Assembly (NCBI GenBank): GCA_013265495.1
Contig: MU058844.1
Location: forward strand, 5,124,344-5,188,343
Direction of reading: 5' to 3'
Source: Vicugna vicugna
Taxonomy: Eukaryota
Length of the DNA: 64,000 bases
This document shows, in pieces, positions 1 to 13,928 of this stretch (positions within the stretch are counted from its first letter, which is position 1; every line of letters begins with the position of its first letter). Under the pieces are notes generated by a model. It had not been told where the DNA came from, ran no database searches, and saw only the letters and a program-made list of their open reading frames with translations. Position numbers and translations under genes: made by a program.

Positions 1-2208
1 GTTATATCTGGGCATCTGTCTCTTTAATATTTGTGTATATATTGTACATCTTGATTTGTGGTTACCAAATCAAGTTTATATATGATAGACTGTGTCTATT
101 TGTTCTAAACTGATAATCATTTAAGTTCAAATACATTCTAAAGATCTACATTTTTTACTCTCATGTTTTGTGTTTTTGATGTCATATTTCACATCTTCAT
201 GTCTATCCCTTAACTGTTTACTGCAGTTATAGCTGATTTTACTATTTTTTTCTTTTAGCCTTCATGCTAGACTTTGTAAGCTGATCCACTGCTTTTGCTA
301 TATTTGCTTTTACCAGTAAGATTTTTCCCTTTCAATGTTTTTGTATTTCTTGCTGTATCCTTTTGTTTTTCAACTAAAGATGATTCTTTAACAAACATTT
401 CTTGTAAAGTCAACTTAGTAGCAATGACATTTAGTTTTCGCTTGTTTAGGAAACTTTCTCTCCCCTTCAATTCTAAATGATAACTTTGCTGGTTAGAATA
501 TTCTAGGTTGTATGTTTTTCTCTTTCAGCACCTTAAGTATGTCACGTCACTCACTTCTGGCCTGCACAGTTTCTGCTGAAAAATCAGTTCATAGCCTTAT
601 GGGGCTTCCCTTGTATGTGATGCTTGTTTTTCTCTTGATGCCTTTAAGATTCTCTATCTTTAAATTTTAACATTTTTATTATTTCTTCAAAATAAGTTTT
701 CTGTCCCTTCTCTCTTCTTCTGAGATACCTAGCTTTATATTGTCCCACAGGTCCCTTAAACTCTCTTCATTTTTAAAAATTCTTTTTTTTTTTTTGTTCT
801 GATTAGGTAATTGCCACTATTCTCTCTTCCGTTGCTTATGTGTTCTTCTGTATCTGTCTGCTGTTAATTTCTTCTATTATAGTTTTCATTTCAGTTATTG
901 TATTCTTTAGCTCTGATTTTGTTTCTACTTCTTTGCTGAAGTTCTGACTGTGTTCTCCTATTCTTTTCCGGAGCTCAGTTAGGATTTTTTTTTTTACTAC
1001 TGTTACCTGATAAAGCATTTGAGGCAAGTTATTTATCTCCACGTCAGTAGGGTTTTCTCTGGGGTTTTATATTGTTCTTTCATTTGAAATATATCCATCT
1101 GTTTTCTTATTGTGTTTGACTGTTTCTCTATGAACTTAGGTAAAACAGTTATCTACCCTGGCCTTGAGGGTCTTGTGTGAGAGTGTCCCTATGCAGTCTG
1201 GTGTGCCCAGTGGCTTTGTTGGGAGAATTGTATCTGAAATGTACACAGGCTGCATCTTCTCCTGGGGTACACTGGCAGCTGCCACCTTGGAAGAAGATAA
1301 GACTGGAGCTGGAGGAGCTAGAGCTGGAGTCAGGTGTGAGCTAGGCCTAGTGGTGGTCGCAGCATTATCAGGGAAGGGGATGAGGCCTGAGGGTTTGGAG
1401 CAGGAACCAAGGGGGTTAGGATTCTCCCCAGCATGATGGCACACTCTGCCTTGGTTGGAGCATAGAAGGAGCCGGAGGACTTGGGGCCGCGCCTTTGTGC
1501 TGGTTCTGATTTTTCCTGGGTACATGCACTCTGATTAGAGGTGGGGGTAGGGCCCAAGGGGTGGGAGCTGCACTTCTGAGCAAGCTGTCTCTGGGTCTTG
1601 GTGCTGCGCAGATGCAGGGCTGGAGCTTGAGCTGGTGCTGCTCCTTTCCCAGTGTGTGTATGTGTTGGCAATGGTGGCCTGTGCTTTAGCAGGAAGCAGG
1701 GCTGGAGAAGGAGCCCAGTGTGGGCTCAGGTGCACACTAGGGTGGTCCTAGCAGGCTGGCCTGAGCACCAGTCAGTTTTTAATTGGGTGCAAGCAAATTT
1801 GTCTGCATGTTCCAGAGCAGAGTCTTGGTTTTCTTCAGCCCTCTGGTAAGCCCCACTAGTTTTCAGTCCAGCTAAGGGGCTTATTCTCCTCAGTGTCAGA
1901 CCCTGAGGCTGAGGTGACTAAGATAGGTCTCAAATCCTTTACTCCTTAGGAAGGATCCCTGAGTCCCTGACATCCTCCTCCTCTCAATGAGCCATCTGCT
2001 AGAGGTGTGGGTCCCAAATAGATGGCTTCTTCTTCCCTCCTACCAGACTCTGTGTGGTTCTTCCTTTATGGTCTTGATTGTAGAAGAACCATTCTTCTAG
2101 TCTTCAGGTTGCTTTCAGTGAGAGTTGCTCTACATGCTGTTGTAGTTTTGATGTGTTTAATGGGTGAGAGGTGAGCTCAGGGTCTTTCTACTCCGCTGTC
2201 TTGATCCT
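1..2208 (-). mobile_element. LINE-1 5' part (5' UTR, decayed ORF1, inter-ORF spacer), running off the window start
   Basis: Minus strand begins gatcaagacagcggagtagaaagaccctgagctcacc, matching the L1 5' ends at 10980 and 40306. ORF1-like peptides: 836-1042 (ELKNTITEMKTIIEEINSR) and 267-470 (TKLTLQEMF). Frameshifts present, plus an ~110-bp ORF1 deletion near 680 relative to the 13005-13120 copy. Confidence 0.92.
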
Positions 2209-2424
2209 GACTATTCCTAGAATCAAAAATTGTCTTTTTTAGCTGATACTGTATATTATTGACAAATAAATACCACACAGAAAAGGACTTCATAATTTCC
2301 AAAAAGATAAATAAAATAGTAAAATTATAATTTGTATGTTGATCATTTGTTATATACAAAACTCCATGGTGAATAACTTAAACGTACTGATAATATTTCT
2401 GCACAAGATGCCTTTATGAGATAT

Positions 2425-2520
2425 GTACAGATGAAGAAACTGAGAACAAAATGAGTTAATGAATTAAGTTTATACAATGTGTGATGATGTTAGAATTGGT
2501 AAACAGGTAGTCTAAATATA
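2425..2520 (-). mobile_element. MIR SINE fragment
   Basis: acagatgaagaaactgagaac...gagttaatgaatt resembles the antisense MIR core. Confidence 0.5.
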
Positions 2521-3020
2521 GATTGTAAGAACTTAAAAATAATAGTTGGGAGAGTACTTGCATTCCAAGACATGTTAATATTTATTTGTATCTTTATCTA
2601 CCTATACCTCTGTGTATATGTCATAATCACTCTCTCCACCTATGGATAAATTGTCAGATAATATACTTCAGTCTTGGTGGTTAACAGACTACAGCTCTTC
2701 TATTAGCCAGCTTCTTCAAACTTTAGAGAGAAGATGTAATTGTAATTAATTAGAAGTAAATATTTTCAAGATTGGAAAAGAAGGATTTAATAAAACATTA
2801 CTGGGTTAAAGTTGTATAAAGAAATGAGGCTTTATAAAGGTCAAATTAACCAAAAAGTTTTTGGAGAATGAGACAGAATATTTTCATTTCCTAGTAAAAT
2901 TTTATATTGAAGGTCTCTAAATTTGTATTAGATAAAACAAAGAGGAATTGTTTTTCTTCCAGGTAATTAATACAAAGATGGAGTCAAAACAGTCCACATG
3001 ACTGCTCTAGTCCTATAATT

Positions 3021-3408
3021 CTGTGCATCAGTCAGAATAGGTAATTCATGTTATGTTATAAAAAGTTCTCAGATATTGTAGCTTATAGTAACAGTAATAC
3101 TAGTAATTATACAGATTTACTTCTGGCTCTGCTCTGCCTTATTCTGAGTAAAGGATGAAGGCTAAGAAAGGCTCTGTCAATGTTTCCATATTGCTAAAGC
3201 AGGAGACAGAACATACAAACCACAATCTGGCTTTTAGAGTCTCTTCTGGGAAGGACCATGTATCATTTCCAATCATGTCTATTTGCCAAAGGAAGAAACA
3301 TTGCTGTTGCAAACTTCAGAAGTCATAGATACGAGAAATCCTACCATATACACTTAGGAGACAGAAAGCTGGGAACGTTTGGGGAACAGCACAAATAACT
3401 ACCTCATA
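3021..3408 (-). mobile_element. Old MaLR LTR (MLT1K/L-like)
   Basis: tgtgcatcagtcagaatagg... start, catttccaatcatgtctatttgccaaagga core, ...gaacagcacaaataactacctca end; typical of antisense old MLT1. Confidence 0.55.
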
Positions 3409-4325
3409 GTGAGTACCAACCATTTCCAAAGAGTATGAGGGAACAAAGAATCAAGTGAAAGAAGTTTCTCAGGGTCAACTGAGGAAAGAAGTTTGCTCAA
3501 GGCACCTAGAATGCCACTATATTTGGATTTTATAATGTTTAGAGGAATTTGGATGTCAGTTTCCAAAATGTCCCACTTAGAAATGAACTTTTATAATAAA
3601 AATTATATTTCAATTTCACAAAATTATCAAAATAAGCATCTGTTATTTTTCATGTTGGTTCAGATTTGTTTCCATCATTGCCCTCCCCCTACCTCACGGA
3701 CACACTTTCTCATATATGCAGGTTGTCAATGGAAAGAAGAGGGTAATTAAGGTGGTCTTCATATTATATGTAATTTTCAGATACTAGTTATTTTCACTGG
3801 TAGTTCACAACTGATGGGCACATTACTTTGTTGTTTGTTTTTTTTTTCTTGCCCAAGAACTGCTGGTCATTGTAATTCCTCCAGAGACAGCTTTTGAATA
3901 TTTTAACAGTGAAATAATTCTTGAATTCTTTAATCAATATATTCTTTGGTTTTAGAGTCCATGTTTATGTTATTCTTACCCAAATATAAAAAGGTGCTAA
4001 AATGGACTTTTTCCATTAGCTGTTTGATGGATTATGAGAAACAATTTCATTTTTTTTTTTGGCTATTTTTCAAGATCAGTCTTAGGTTTATAGAAAAGAG
4101 TGGAAAGTACAGAAAGTTCCCATACTCCCTCTGTCTACTACCAAATCTCCTAACATACATACTTTCCCCTATTATTAGTGTCTTATATTGATGTGGTATC
4201 TTTGTTATAATTGTATTGATACAATATTATTAACTACAGGCCATCCATAGTTTAGATTACAGTTCATTTGTATAGTTCATGGGTTTTGATAGATGTATTA
4301 TGCCATGTATCCACAATTACAACAT

Positions 4326-4665
4326 TGGTATTGACTATTTGTGTCTTCACAAAATTCATATCTTGAAACTCTAACCCACAATGTGATGGTATTTGAAAAT
4401 GGGGCCTTTGGGAGGGTTAAATTAGGTCATGAGGGTGGGGACCTCCTGATGGGATTAATGCCCTTGCACTTCTCTTTCTTCCTCTCTGCTTGCACATACT
4501 AAGGAAAGCCACGTAAGACTATAAACAGTAAGAAGGTACTCACCAACACCCAACCATGCTGGCATCCTGATCTCAGACTTCCAGCCTCCAGAACTGTGAG
4601 CAGTAAGTGTTGTTTAAATCATTCAGTCTATGGTAACTTGTTATAGCAGATCAAGTAGACTAACA
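4326..4665 (+). mobile_element. MaLR LTR, MLT1A-like
   Basis: aaattcatatcttgaaactctaacccacaatgtgatggtattt...ccatgctggcatcctgatctcagacttccagcctccagaactgtgag...gactaaca. Confidence 0.85.
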
Positions 4666-4681
4666 AAAGTGCTGTAACACC

Positions 4682-5128
4682 TGTGAAATAAAATTCATAT
4701 TTTGTGGCAAGATAAGAAAAATTTAAACAAATTTTTCTTTGGCTTCCCTCCTACCCCCTCACTGTGCATAGTGTATCTGCATTATGCATCAACCAGACCT
4801 CCCCCGTCAGCAGGAATAGCTGCTCAGCCTTAAAGAGCAGCATTCTCCCAGCATCAACAAGACAGCTCCTTAAGAGATAACTTTCCTTCTTGATCTTGTA
4901 AGGGGTCACCTGACCCACCAGGATTAGGCTTATGTCTAGATTATGTAAACTGTCAACAATACACCCTCTGTCTCAAAAACGTATAAAACTGTGTTTTGAT
5001 TTCCAACTAGCAGAATGATTCTCAGAGCCTTCTGAGATGGATGCTCTTCCCAGGTTATAGTCTTCAAATCTGGTTTGAATAAAGTTTTCCACTTCTTTCT
5101 TAGATCAACTGATTAATTTCTGTTGCCA
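4682..5128 (+). mobile_element. ERV1-class solo LTR
   Basis: TG...CA termini, perfect 4-bp TSD cacc (4678-4681, 5129-5132), TATA-like gtataaaa ~4982, aataaa ~5078. Confidence 0.85.
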
Positions 5129-6018
5129 CACCTATGAAGTTCCACCTGTCTGGTCTACCTTTCCTCCCCCAAACTCCCATCAACCACTGATACTTGTAGT
5201 TTCTCCACAGTTTTGCCTTTTTCATGTTAAGCAGTTGAAATCATACGGAATGTAACCTTTTCAGATAGGCTTCTTTTATTTAGTAATGTGCACTTAAAAT
5301 TCACCCGTATCTTTGCATAGTTTAATAGCCCATACCTTTATATTGCTTATTAGCACTCCACTGTATGACTCTACCACAGTTTATTCATCCATTCACCTAT
5401 TCAAGCCTTATTTGCTTCCATTTATATTGGTTACGAATAAAACTGCCATAAACATTTGTGTGCAGTTTTTTTTTTTTTTAATGTGGAGATAAATTTTCAA
5501 ATCAGTTAGGTAATACCTAGGAACATGACTGCTGGATTCTAACAGTAAGAACATGCTTAGCTTTGTAGGAAACTCCTAAACTGTCTTTCAAAGTGGCTGT
5601 AACATTTTGCACTCCCACCAGAAACGCATGAGTCACTATACGCTGCATTCCTTCCAAATTGGTAGTGTCACTTTTTTTTTTTTTGGATTTGACCATTTTA
5701 ATAGATAGGTAGTTTTATCTCATTTTTGTTTTAATTTTCATTTTCACAATGACAAATGGTGTTGAAGGCATGCAACATGCTTATTTGCCACCTGCAAATC
5801 TTTGGTATAGTACCTGTTCAGCTCTTTTGCCCATTTCTTAACTGTTTTTTGTTTCTTTTTATTTTGCTGACTTTTAGGAGGTCTTCATCCCTTTAAGGTA
5901 AAAGTCAGTTAGCTGATACGTATTTCACAAATATTTTCTCTCAGTTTGTGCCTTGTCTTTCATCCTCTCAAGAATGTATTTTGCAGAATAGAACATTTTC
6001 ATTTTAATTAAGTCCAGC

Positions 6019-6296
6019 CTCAAGGCCAGCAGAAAAATCAGTTGCTTCTTGTCTATTTAAAAAATTCACTTGGTTAGGTCAGACCCATATGATGATATCC
6101 TTTATAATTAAAGTCAATTTAATTTGGAATCTCAATTATATCTTCAAAAGTCCTTCACCTTTTAACATAACATGATTACAGGGATGATATACCATTATGG
6201 TCAGAAGTCCTGTCCACAATTAAGGGTTGGGATTATACAGGGCACATACATAGAGGGTGGGAATCCAGGGATCATCTTAGAATTCTGCCTACCACC
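6019..6296 (-). mobile_element. MaLR LTR 5' half, MLT1E-like
   Basis: Reverse complement reads ggtggtaggcagaattctaagatgatccctggattcccaccctc, the MLT1E-type start. Confidence 0.8.
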
Positions 6297-6590
6297 GTCC
6301 ACCCTGTGGTGCTCAACTCTTCGCATCCTTTACAAATGCAACATACATTTACCCTTTCTCAAGGTTTCCCAGGGTCTCATTCCTTTATAACATCAACTCA
6401 GAGTCCAAAGTTTTTCATCTAAATCTAAATCTCATTAACACAAAACCCCAGAGTTCAAAGTTTTGTCCTCCAGGTTACGTATGGATGAATCTCCTGGGTA
6501 TAATTCATTAGGTGCAACAATTTAGAGCAAAATTCTTTCCCCTATAGGCCTGTGACACTAAAGAGACAAGTTTTCTTACAGACAACCCAG
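6297..6590 (-). mobile_element. MaLR internal-sequence (MLT1-int) 3' fragment adjoining the LTR
   Basis: On the minus strand ...agggtggac (PPT-like) directly precedes the LTR; gcctgtgacactaaagagacaagtt resembles MLT1-int. Confidence 0.6.
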
Positions 6591-6959
6591 TAACATTCCA
6601 ACTCTCATAAGGCTTTCCAACCTACAGAAGTCATACATGAATGTGTAATTTCTTTCAAGGTATTGTGGGGTTTTATAAAAATAAAAACAAGAATATTAAT
6701 CAAATAAAAGTTAACTTGTATATTATAAACAAAAGTAAAAACTAATGAACTACACATTTTTAAAATATATATGACACAAAACATTCAATACAACTTACAT
6801 ATAAAGTTGTCTTTTAAAAATCTTGCTCCAAAATGAGAAAAAGGAAGGATTCAGAAATGTAGGAATGAAAATAAGCAGAATTTTTATGAAAGAAAATAAT
6901 GATCTCATTCATAAATGAAATTTCTTATTAATTTAATATTTAAAATATTATTCAATTGC

Positions 6960-7575
6960 TATATATGTTGATAAATTGATACTCTCATCTGGTCCAAATT
7001 TTTCAGGCTGTAGTTTAGTAATATGTGCCAAGAATTTTTTAAAATATCATATATTAAGGCAGCTTCATAATTTTTAGAAATTCATTCTAAGAAATGATCA
7101 GAAATGAAAGTTAAGATTTATTGTAAAAAAGGTCATTTTGTTTTTATAGTAATTCCAAGGCAAATATCTAATAATTAGGAATTTATACAATTATTTTATC
7201 AATGTATTGGAATAATGGCCACTTTACAAATGTTTAATAAGATTATGTCCAAATGTTCAAAAAGACAATGTTCAACTGAAAAGGAAGAAAGAAAAGTCAA
7301 GGGAAAAACTTTATAAACAATATGACCTTATTTTAAATCATATTTATTCATAAAAGTGTCTTTGATAAAAATTAATACCTAAAGGATAGATGCAGTGTGA
7401 TGATGTATAAATAGAAACATAAAGCCTAAAAGTACTTTATGTGGGGTATCTTTGGGTTGTTGCATTAAGGATGATTTTTAATTGTCTTCCTTATGATTTT
7501 TAATTGTTTTCCTCTAACTTTTATATACTTAGCATTATAGCAATAATTGTATAATTTTATATGATTATAAAAAGC
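6960..7575 (+). mobile_element. Very old L1ME 3' remnant
   Basis: ttagaaattcattctaagaaatgatcaga...gggtatctttgggttgttgcattaaggatgattttt; includes a 22-bp tandem duplication at 7471-7514. Confidence 0.5.
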
Positions 7576-7874
7576 AATATTTTGGGAAGAAAAAGTGTCC
7601 TTTTTTAGTATCTGGGCTCTTTGAATAATTAAGTTATTTAGGAACCTAAATAATCTTTTATTACTTTTCAGTACATCACTAATGCTTAAAATAGTTAATC
7701 AGCATATGAGAATATTCGAAAGTCACCATTCTCCTATGCAAAAATACTTATTACCCACTGACAGATCTGATTTAATTTGAAAAACTAAATGTCTTAATTT
7801 TGCACAATATTTAATGAAATTAATTGAGCAGCAGTTAAGTTCAGATAAAATCTTTCTGTTCAGCCATAAGAGTG

Positions 7875-8075
7875 TGGTAGAAAGCCTTTTGTATCGGGCA
7901 GGCATTGGGTCAGATTCTAGAATTATCTCACTTGCTATGTGATCTTGGCAAGACTGCTCAAGCTCTTCTTTGTAAAATGAGGATACTGATGCCTTCATTC
8001 AGGGTTTTGCTTTGACGCCACCTGAAATGTAGAAGCTCCTGCGCCTTTTGATTACAGCAGACATGTAATAAATGT
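7875..8075 (+). mobile_element. MIR SINE
   Basis: cacttgctatgtgatcttggcaag...ctttgtaaaatgaggatact MIR core. Confidence 0.65.
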
Positions 8076-8734
8076 GCATTCACTTCTCATATGACTTTCA
8101 GTAAATGTTTACTCACTTCTCCAGAGATGAAAACTCCTTTTTTCAGAGGGGAAAAAGGAAGATGTGCTTTTTAAGGGTCATAATTGCATTCATGAAAAAA
8201 TGCTTGACTATTCCTAAAGAGAAAAAAAAAGTGAAGAAACAAAAAGAAAGGAAAAAAAGAAATTTTGTTTTTGCTACTAATAGAAATGATACAAAAATTC
8301 TCTTCTAAGCTACTCAGGCTGAGCAGCTGAAGTGGTTCCTTGTTGTTGCCTGCCAATGAAAGCCCCCTTCCTGGATGGCACTGTGAGGAAGGGAAGGGAA
8401 GGGAATGAGGAAATCACATCACACCTGGAATTCTGGAATGGCTTTCACTTCTGCTCCACTGATAAGTCTGTCTGTAACTATTTAAATACTAATTCCTTTG
8501 ATTATAATGTTTCATCATAAACTTGATATGTGGTATGCAAGCACACTTTTACTTATTATTATTACTATTTACTTTTAATGGGCAGTTTGGGATAAATAAT
8601 TCTTTCATATGAACTTACAGTTTATCCAGTCCTGAAAAAGTTAACATTCATCACTTGAACAGAAATTGCATAGGTTTTGTGTATTGTTCAATTTAGACCA
8701 AAGGATAATCTATAAAGCCAGAAAATGGGTAATT

Positions 8735-8932
8735 ATGAGTACAGATGGTTTAAAACTTACTTCTACAACTCACTAGCTGTCTGATCTTGAACACATCAGT
8801 TAGCCTCCCTGAAGCTCAGTTTCACAATCTAAAAAATAGGGTTAGAATAAAGCACAGATTGTGGCTAAGTGAAAATGATTCATTATCAGTGGTAAGGTAC
8901 GTAGTGGCATACAGTAATTTATCAATAAATTT
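8735..8932 (+). mobile_element. MIR SINE
   Basis: cactagctgtctgatcttgaacacatcagttagcctccctgaagctcagtttcacaatctaaaaaatagg. Confidence 0.7.
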
Positions 8933-9569
8933 GAAAGTTTACTGCAAGCTATAGTATACACTGGTCATGATTTGAATGGAGTATTTTTCCATTTTTATTT
9001 CTCACTGTTTATTGATAGCACATGGAGAGGAAAATTTGGGTCTTGTATATTTACTTCGGGTCCGTTCACTTAGTAATTCTAATAGTTTGGTTTTTTTTTT
9101 TACCTGGAGTATTTCTTTCCAGCTGTAGAATTATAAGTGCTTATTTTAGCACATTTGCTGGAAACTTCAGAAATACATTGAAGTATAATGCCCAACAAGT
9201 GAATCTCTGTGGTTCCTAATATTAACTTTAAAATGTTTGATATTTAAATTGCTTTCTTCTATCCCTTCTATTCATATTTCACTTTAAAAACAGCTACACA
9301 ATGTTAGGAATGCCTTTTGAGCACCAGTTGGCATGGTCTTATTGGGTCATTATTTTTCTTTATAATAAATTATAAATATGCTCTGATAAATAGTAATCTT
9401 TTATATTATATTATTTTATTTGTGGAATAACCTCACATTAATATATTATTATTTGGTATTTTTGGTATTTAAATTACTCTGGGACTTATAAAATTAAACA
9501 TGAAGCTCTCAAATTGCCTACCCTCTCACCTTGCTATGGAATAATGTCAGATGTAAGTTTTATTATACA

Positions 9570-9668
9570 AGGATCCTTGATTTATTTATTTTTCATTGCA
9601 GCATTCCCAAACCTCAAGTAACTGGCAAGGCAAAATTCTCAATAAATATTTGTTGAAATAATTAATTA
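9570..9668 (+). mobile_element. L2 LINE 3' tail
   Basis: ctcaataaatatttgttgaaat L2 terminus. Confidence 0.55.
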
Positions 9669-12536
9669 ACATTTAAATTGTTTATTAGTTATAGTTTGGC
9701 TAAAACTCAGTTGTGAAAGATCCTAGATCTGGTCTCTTTTTAAAAGGTATTACTTTCTTTACTTTTCTAATCCATTTTATGGTAATTCTATGGTAATTTC
9801 TACTTGGTAGAAAAAAAACAGGTTTGGTAATTTGTGTTTTGCCAGAAAAATTACTTATTTCTCTAGGTTATACATGGCATGCACCTCTGAACTAATTATC
9901 AGTCTACCAGTTTAACAGATATTTTCATGAATGAATAATTCAAAGTTTATACATTTTGGATACTTATAATTTTCATACTTTCACAAGATCTCCAAATATG
10001 TCAGTAAAATGCACTTTAAAATTTTTATATACAATGCTGACAAATTAGCCCATCATTACTATAGTTTAATATTACGAATATTTTCATTGATGACCATGCC
10101 CTAAAGTCTAAAATGAGAAACCACTTTGCCTCTTGATAAAGGCCTATACATTCTTTTTCAAGTTCATTCCCTTTCTTTTTCAAAGACAATTTTATGTCAG
10201 AATAAAGAAAAAAAGGAAAAGACAGAAAATCTATTTTCATTGAGTTGTCTCTGTGTGTTTGCATGTGTATGCCAATATAGTTAGAAAACTATCATCTATA
10301 GGTTATTATTGTTCATAATAGGTTAAACATTTAATCATATTTTTTCTCTCATCATCCTAAGCTGTCTGTGTAATTGAACTATAGGTATGTGGTTTTCATT
10401 AGTTTTGTCTCTCAAAACATTAGCACAGAAACTCCATAATAAAATGGAGTCTAAAGTTTCTGAAATAAAATATCTGCCTTAATTATGGAAACATCTTTGA
10501 AAAACATTGACTATTGAAACAGAAAGTTAACCTTAATGAAAACCTTTGAAAAATGTTGACAGAGAAATATTTCACAAATATCAGTGTAGTTTTCATATCT
10601 ATTTGAAAAATGGAAAATTCTATTTTCATATATCATTTAATATTATTAGAAATTATTGATTCATTGATTTTAGGATAAAAAAGTGGGCCATTTAGTTTAA
10701 TGTGTAATTTATGTGAGGTTTTGTAACAAAGCCCACAGATGCATTTGATCTTACAGCTTTCTGAAAAGTGTATTTTCATTTTGATGCCATGGTTTTATAT
10801 ATAGGAATTATTTATTCCCTTACTTTCTAAGGAGTATAAAGAAAGGATCAGTGTTTTAGCATTTCATGCCCCTTGAAAAATATGAAGCTATCTCTTCTGA
10901 TGAAGTATATTTTCCTTCAGTTTATTTCGTTTCATCAAAGTAGTGCTATATATCCATGCTGTTTTAAAGTCTAAGAGTGGAGAGTGACCGAGATGGTGGA
11001 GTAGCCTGAGATTACCTGCTCTCACGAGCACACCAGAATCACAACTATCTGCAGAACAACTATCGATGAAAAAGACTGGAACCCATCAGAAAAGACTTGC
11101 AACTAAAGACATAAAGAAGAAACCACAATGAGATTGGTAGGAGGAGGCATACTTGCAATATAATCAATTCCCATACCCCACCTCCCAGCCCAGGTTGACA
11201 ATCCACAATCAGCAGAATAACTATATTGCAGAGGTTCTCCCACAGGAGTGAGAGTTCTGAGCCCCATGTCAGGCTCCCCAGCCTAGGGGTCCAGCACTAG
11301 AGAGACGAGACCCCAGATTATTTGGCTTTGAAGGTCGGCAGGGCTTAACTGTAGGAGCTACACAGGAATGGGGGAGATAGAGACTTCTATCTTAAAGGCT
11401 GTACACTAAGTTTTAGACACACTGGGAACCAGGGCAAAAGCAGTAATTAGATAGGAGCCTGGACCAGATCCATATGCTGGTCTGAGAGGGTCTTCTGGGG
11501 AGGCAGAGGTGACTGTGGCTCACCCTGGGGACATACACACTAGTAGCAGACATACTAGGGGCATTCAGTTGCATGAACACTCCTGGTGGCTGACATCTTG
11601 ACTCATTAGTGGCAGTACCTGGCCCTACCCAACAGCTTGTTGGAACCAGTGGTGGGGAACCTCAGGCCAAACAACTAACTGGGTGAGGACACAGACCCCA
11701 GACTTCTAAAAGACTTCTTGAGCCTATTGCTATCTCTAGACACTCCCCTAGACATGGCCTCGCCTACCAGAGGGACAAGACCCAACTCCACCAAACATTG
11801 GCCAGGCACCAGCCCTTTCCACCAGCAAGCCTGCACAGACCTCTAGACCAGCCTCACCCACCAGATGCAAGAAACCTATGATCCCACAGCCTGTGGAATG
11901 AGTCAGCAATGCAGGCCAGACCCTACCCTGGAACCAGCTGGGTGCTAGCCTTGCTCACTAGCAGGCCAACACAAGCTTCATGACAACCCGGACTCCATAC
12001 TCAACTGGGCCAGGAACCAATACTCCTCCCCCCCAAATTTTTTTGAAACAAGCTCTGGGATCCCTGGGCCATGCAGCCAGACTTTAGGAACGAGCTCTGC
12101 CTACCAGTAGTCCAGCACTAATGCCAATATCTGGCTTCAATTGCCAGTGTTTCTGTGACAACAGCCACAGAACCTTTGGTATCCTGACTCCATCCACCCA
12201 GGAGTCAACACTACCCCTGGAGCCCCCTTAGGATTCTGTAACCAGCCACCTGGTGACCAGACCCCACTAAACAGCAGCTAGCAGCATGCACACAAGGCAG
12301 AGCCTAGCAACCAACCAGAATAGGGCCACCACGTCTACAAGACTGCCCACATAGGCAGCCCACCACAACAGAAGGCCCTCTTAGGGAGAATCCATAAAGC
12401 ACATAGCTTGGATGACAAGAAGGGAATGCACTGCTGGGATGCATAGAATGTCTCCTACAGAGGGCTACTTCTCCATTGTCAAGAAACATAACTAACCTAC
12501 CACATACATAAAAATGTAAATAGCACTTTAGACAAA

Positions 12537-13423
12537 ATGAGGCAGCAAAGAAATACGTTACACATGAAGCAATAAGATAAAACCCCAGAAGAAAAACTAA
12601 GTGATGTGGAGATAGGCAATCTACCAGAGGAAGTATTCAGAGTAATGATCATAAAGATGAGGAAAGAACTCGGGAGGAGAATGGATGCACAAAACAAGTT
12701 TGTTTTTAACAGAGTTAGAAAATATGTAAAGTGACCAGAGATGAAGAATACAATACCTGAAATCAAAAATACACTAGAAGCAATCAATAGTAGACTAAAT
12801 GATAAGAACAGATCAGTGACCTGGAAGACAGAATAGTAGAAATCATTACCACTGAACAGAAAAAAAAAAAAAAAAAAGGAAACAGAGTGAAAGGAAATGA
12901 GGACAGTTTAAGAGCCTTCTGGAACAAAACCAAGTGCACTAATACATGCATTATAGGGGTCTCAGAAGAAGAGAGAAAGGGCCAGAGAAAGTATTGGAAG
13001 AGATAATAGCTGAGAACTTCCCTAACCTGGGAAAGGAATTAGTCACCCCAGTCCAGGAAGCCCAAGGAGTCCTATACAGAATTAACACAAAGAGGAACAC
13101 ACCAAGGCAAATTATGATCAAAATGACAAAAATTAGAGATAGAGATAATGAAAAGCAGCAGGGAAAAGCAACAAATAATACACAAGGGAACTCCCATAAT
13201 GCTATCAGCTTAATTTTGAGCAGAAGCCCTGTGGGCCAGAAGGTACTGGCACAATATATTTAAAATGATAAAAAGGGAAAAACATGCAACCAAGAATAAT
13301 CTACCCAGCAAGGCCCTTATTCAGATTTGATGGAGAAATGAAAGCTTTACAGACAAGCAAAAGCAAAAAGAATTCAGAACCACCGAACCAGCTTTATAAC
13401 AAATGCTAAAGGAACTTCTCTAA
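12537..13423 (+). pseudogene. L1 ORF1p, disrupted
   Basis: MRQQRNTLHMKQ*DKTPEEKLSDVEIGNLPEEVFRVMIIKM...; EEIIAENFPNLGKE...TPRQIMIKM (ORF 12946-13263); ends LKELL*; contains stops and frameshifts. Confidence 0.9.
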
Positions 13424-13928
13424 GTAGAAAAGAATTGGCCACAACTAGAAATGAGAAAATTATGAAATGAGAAATCTCACCAGTAAAGGAAAACATACAA
13501 TAAAGGTAGGAAACCATCTACACTAAACTAGTAGGGATGTTAAAACACAAAAGTAGTAACATAATTTATATCCACAATAAGCAGTTAAGGGATACACAAA
13601 ACAATCAGATCTAAAATATGATGTAAAAAAAACAATAATCATGAGGGAAAGAGAATACAAATGTAGGGTTTTTTAAATGCATTTGAAATTAAGAGATCAG
13701 CAACTTGAAACAATCATGTGTGGATATAGATATAGATATAGACTGCATATATATATAAAGAGAGAGAGAGACTGCTATACAAAAACCTCATGGTAACCGC
13801 AAACCAAAAATCTATATAGATAAACATACAAAAAGTAAAAGGAATCCAAATATAGTACTAAGATAGTCATCAGATGAGAAGAAAGGAGAAAAAAGACGTA
13901 TAAAACCAAATTCAAAACAATTAGCAAA

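Larger units (their letters stand above)
4060..6018 (-). mobile_element. Ancient L1M (L1MB/MC-type) 3' end, split by an MLT1A LTR and an ERV1 LTR
   Basis: aggtttatagaaaag...aagtacagaaagttcccatac 3'-end signature. Resumes at ~5133 with antisense 3'UTR/ORF2 end (ctgtctttcaaagtggctgtaacattttgcactcccacca). Confidence 0.75.

Noticed and set aside
1136..1849. Cluster of overlapping 65-129 aa ORFs
   Set aside because: They lie in the GC-rich L1 5' UTR, where stop codons are rarer, and show no recognisable protein similarity.
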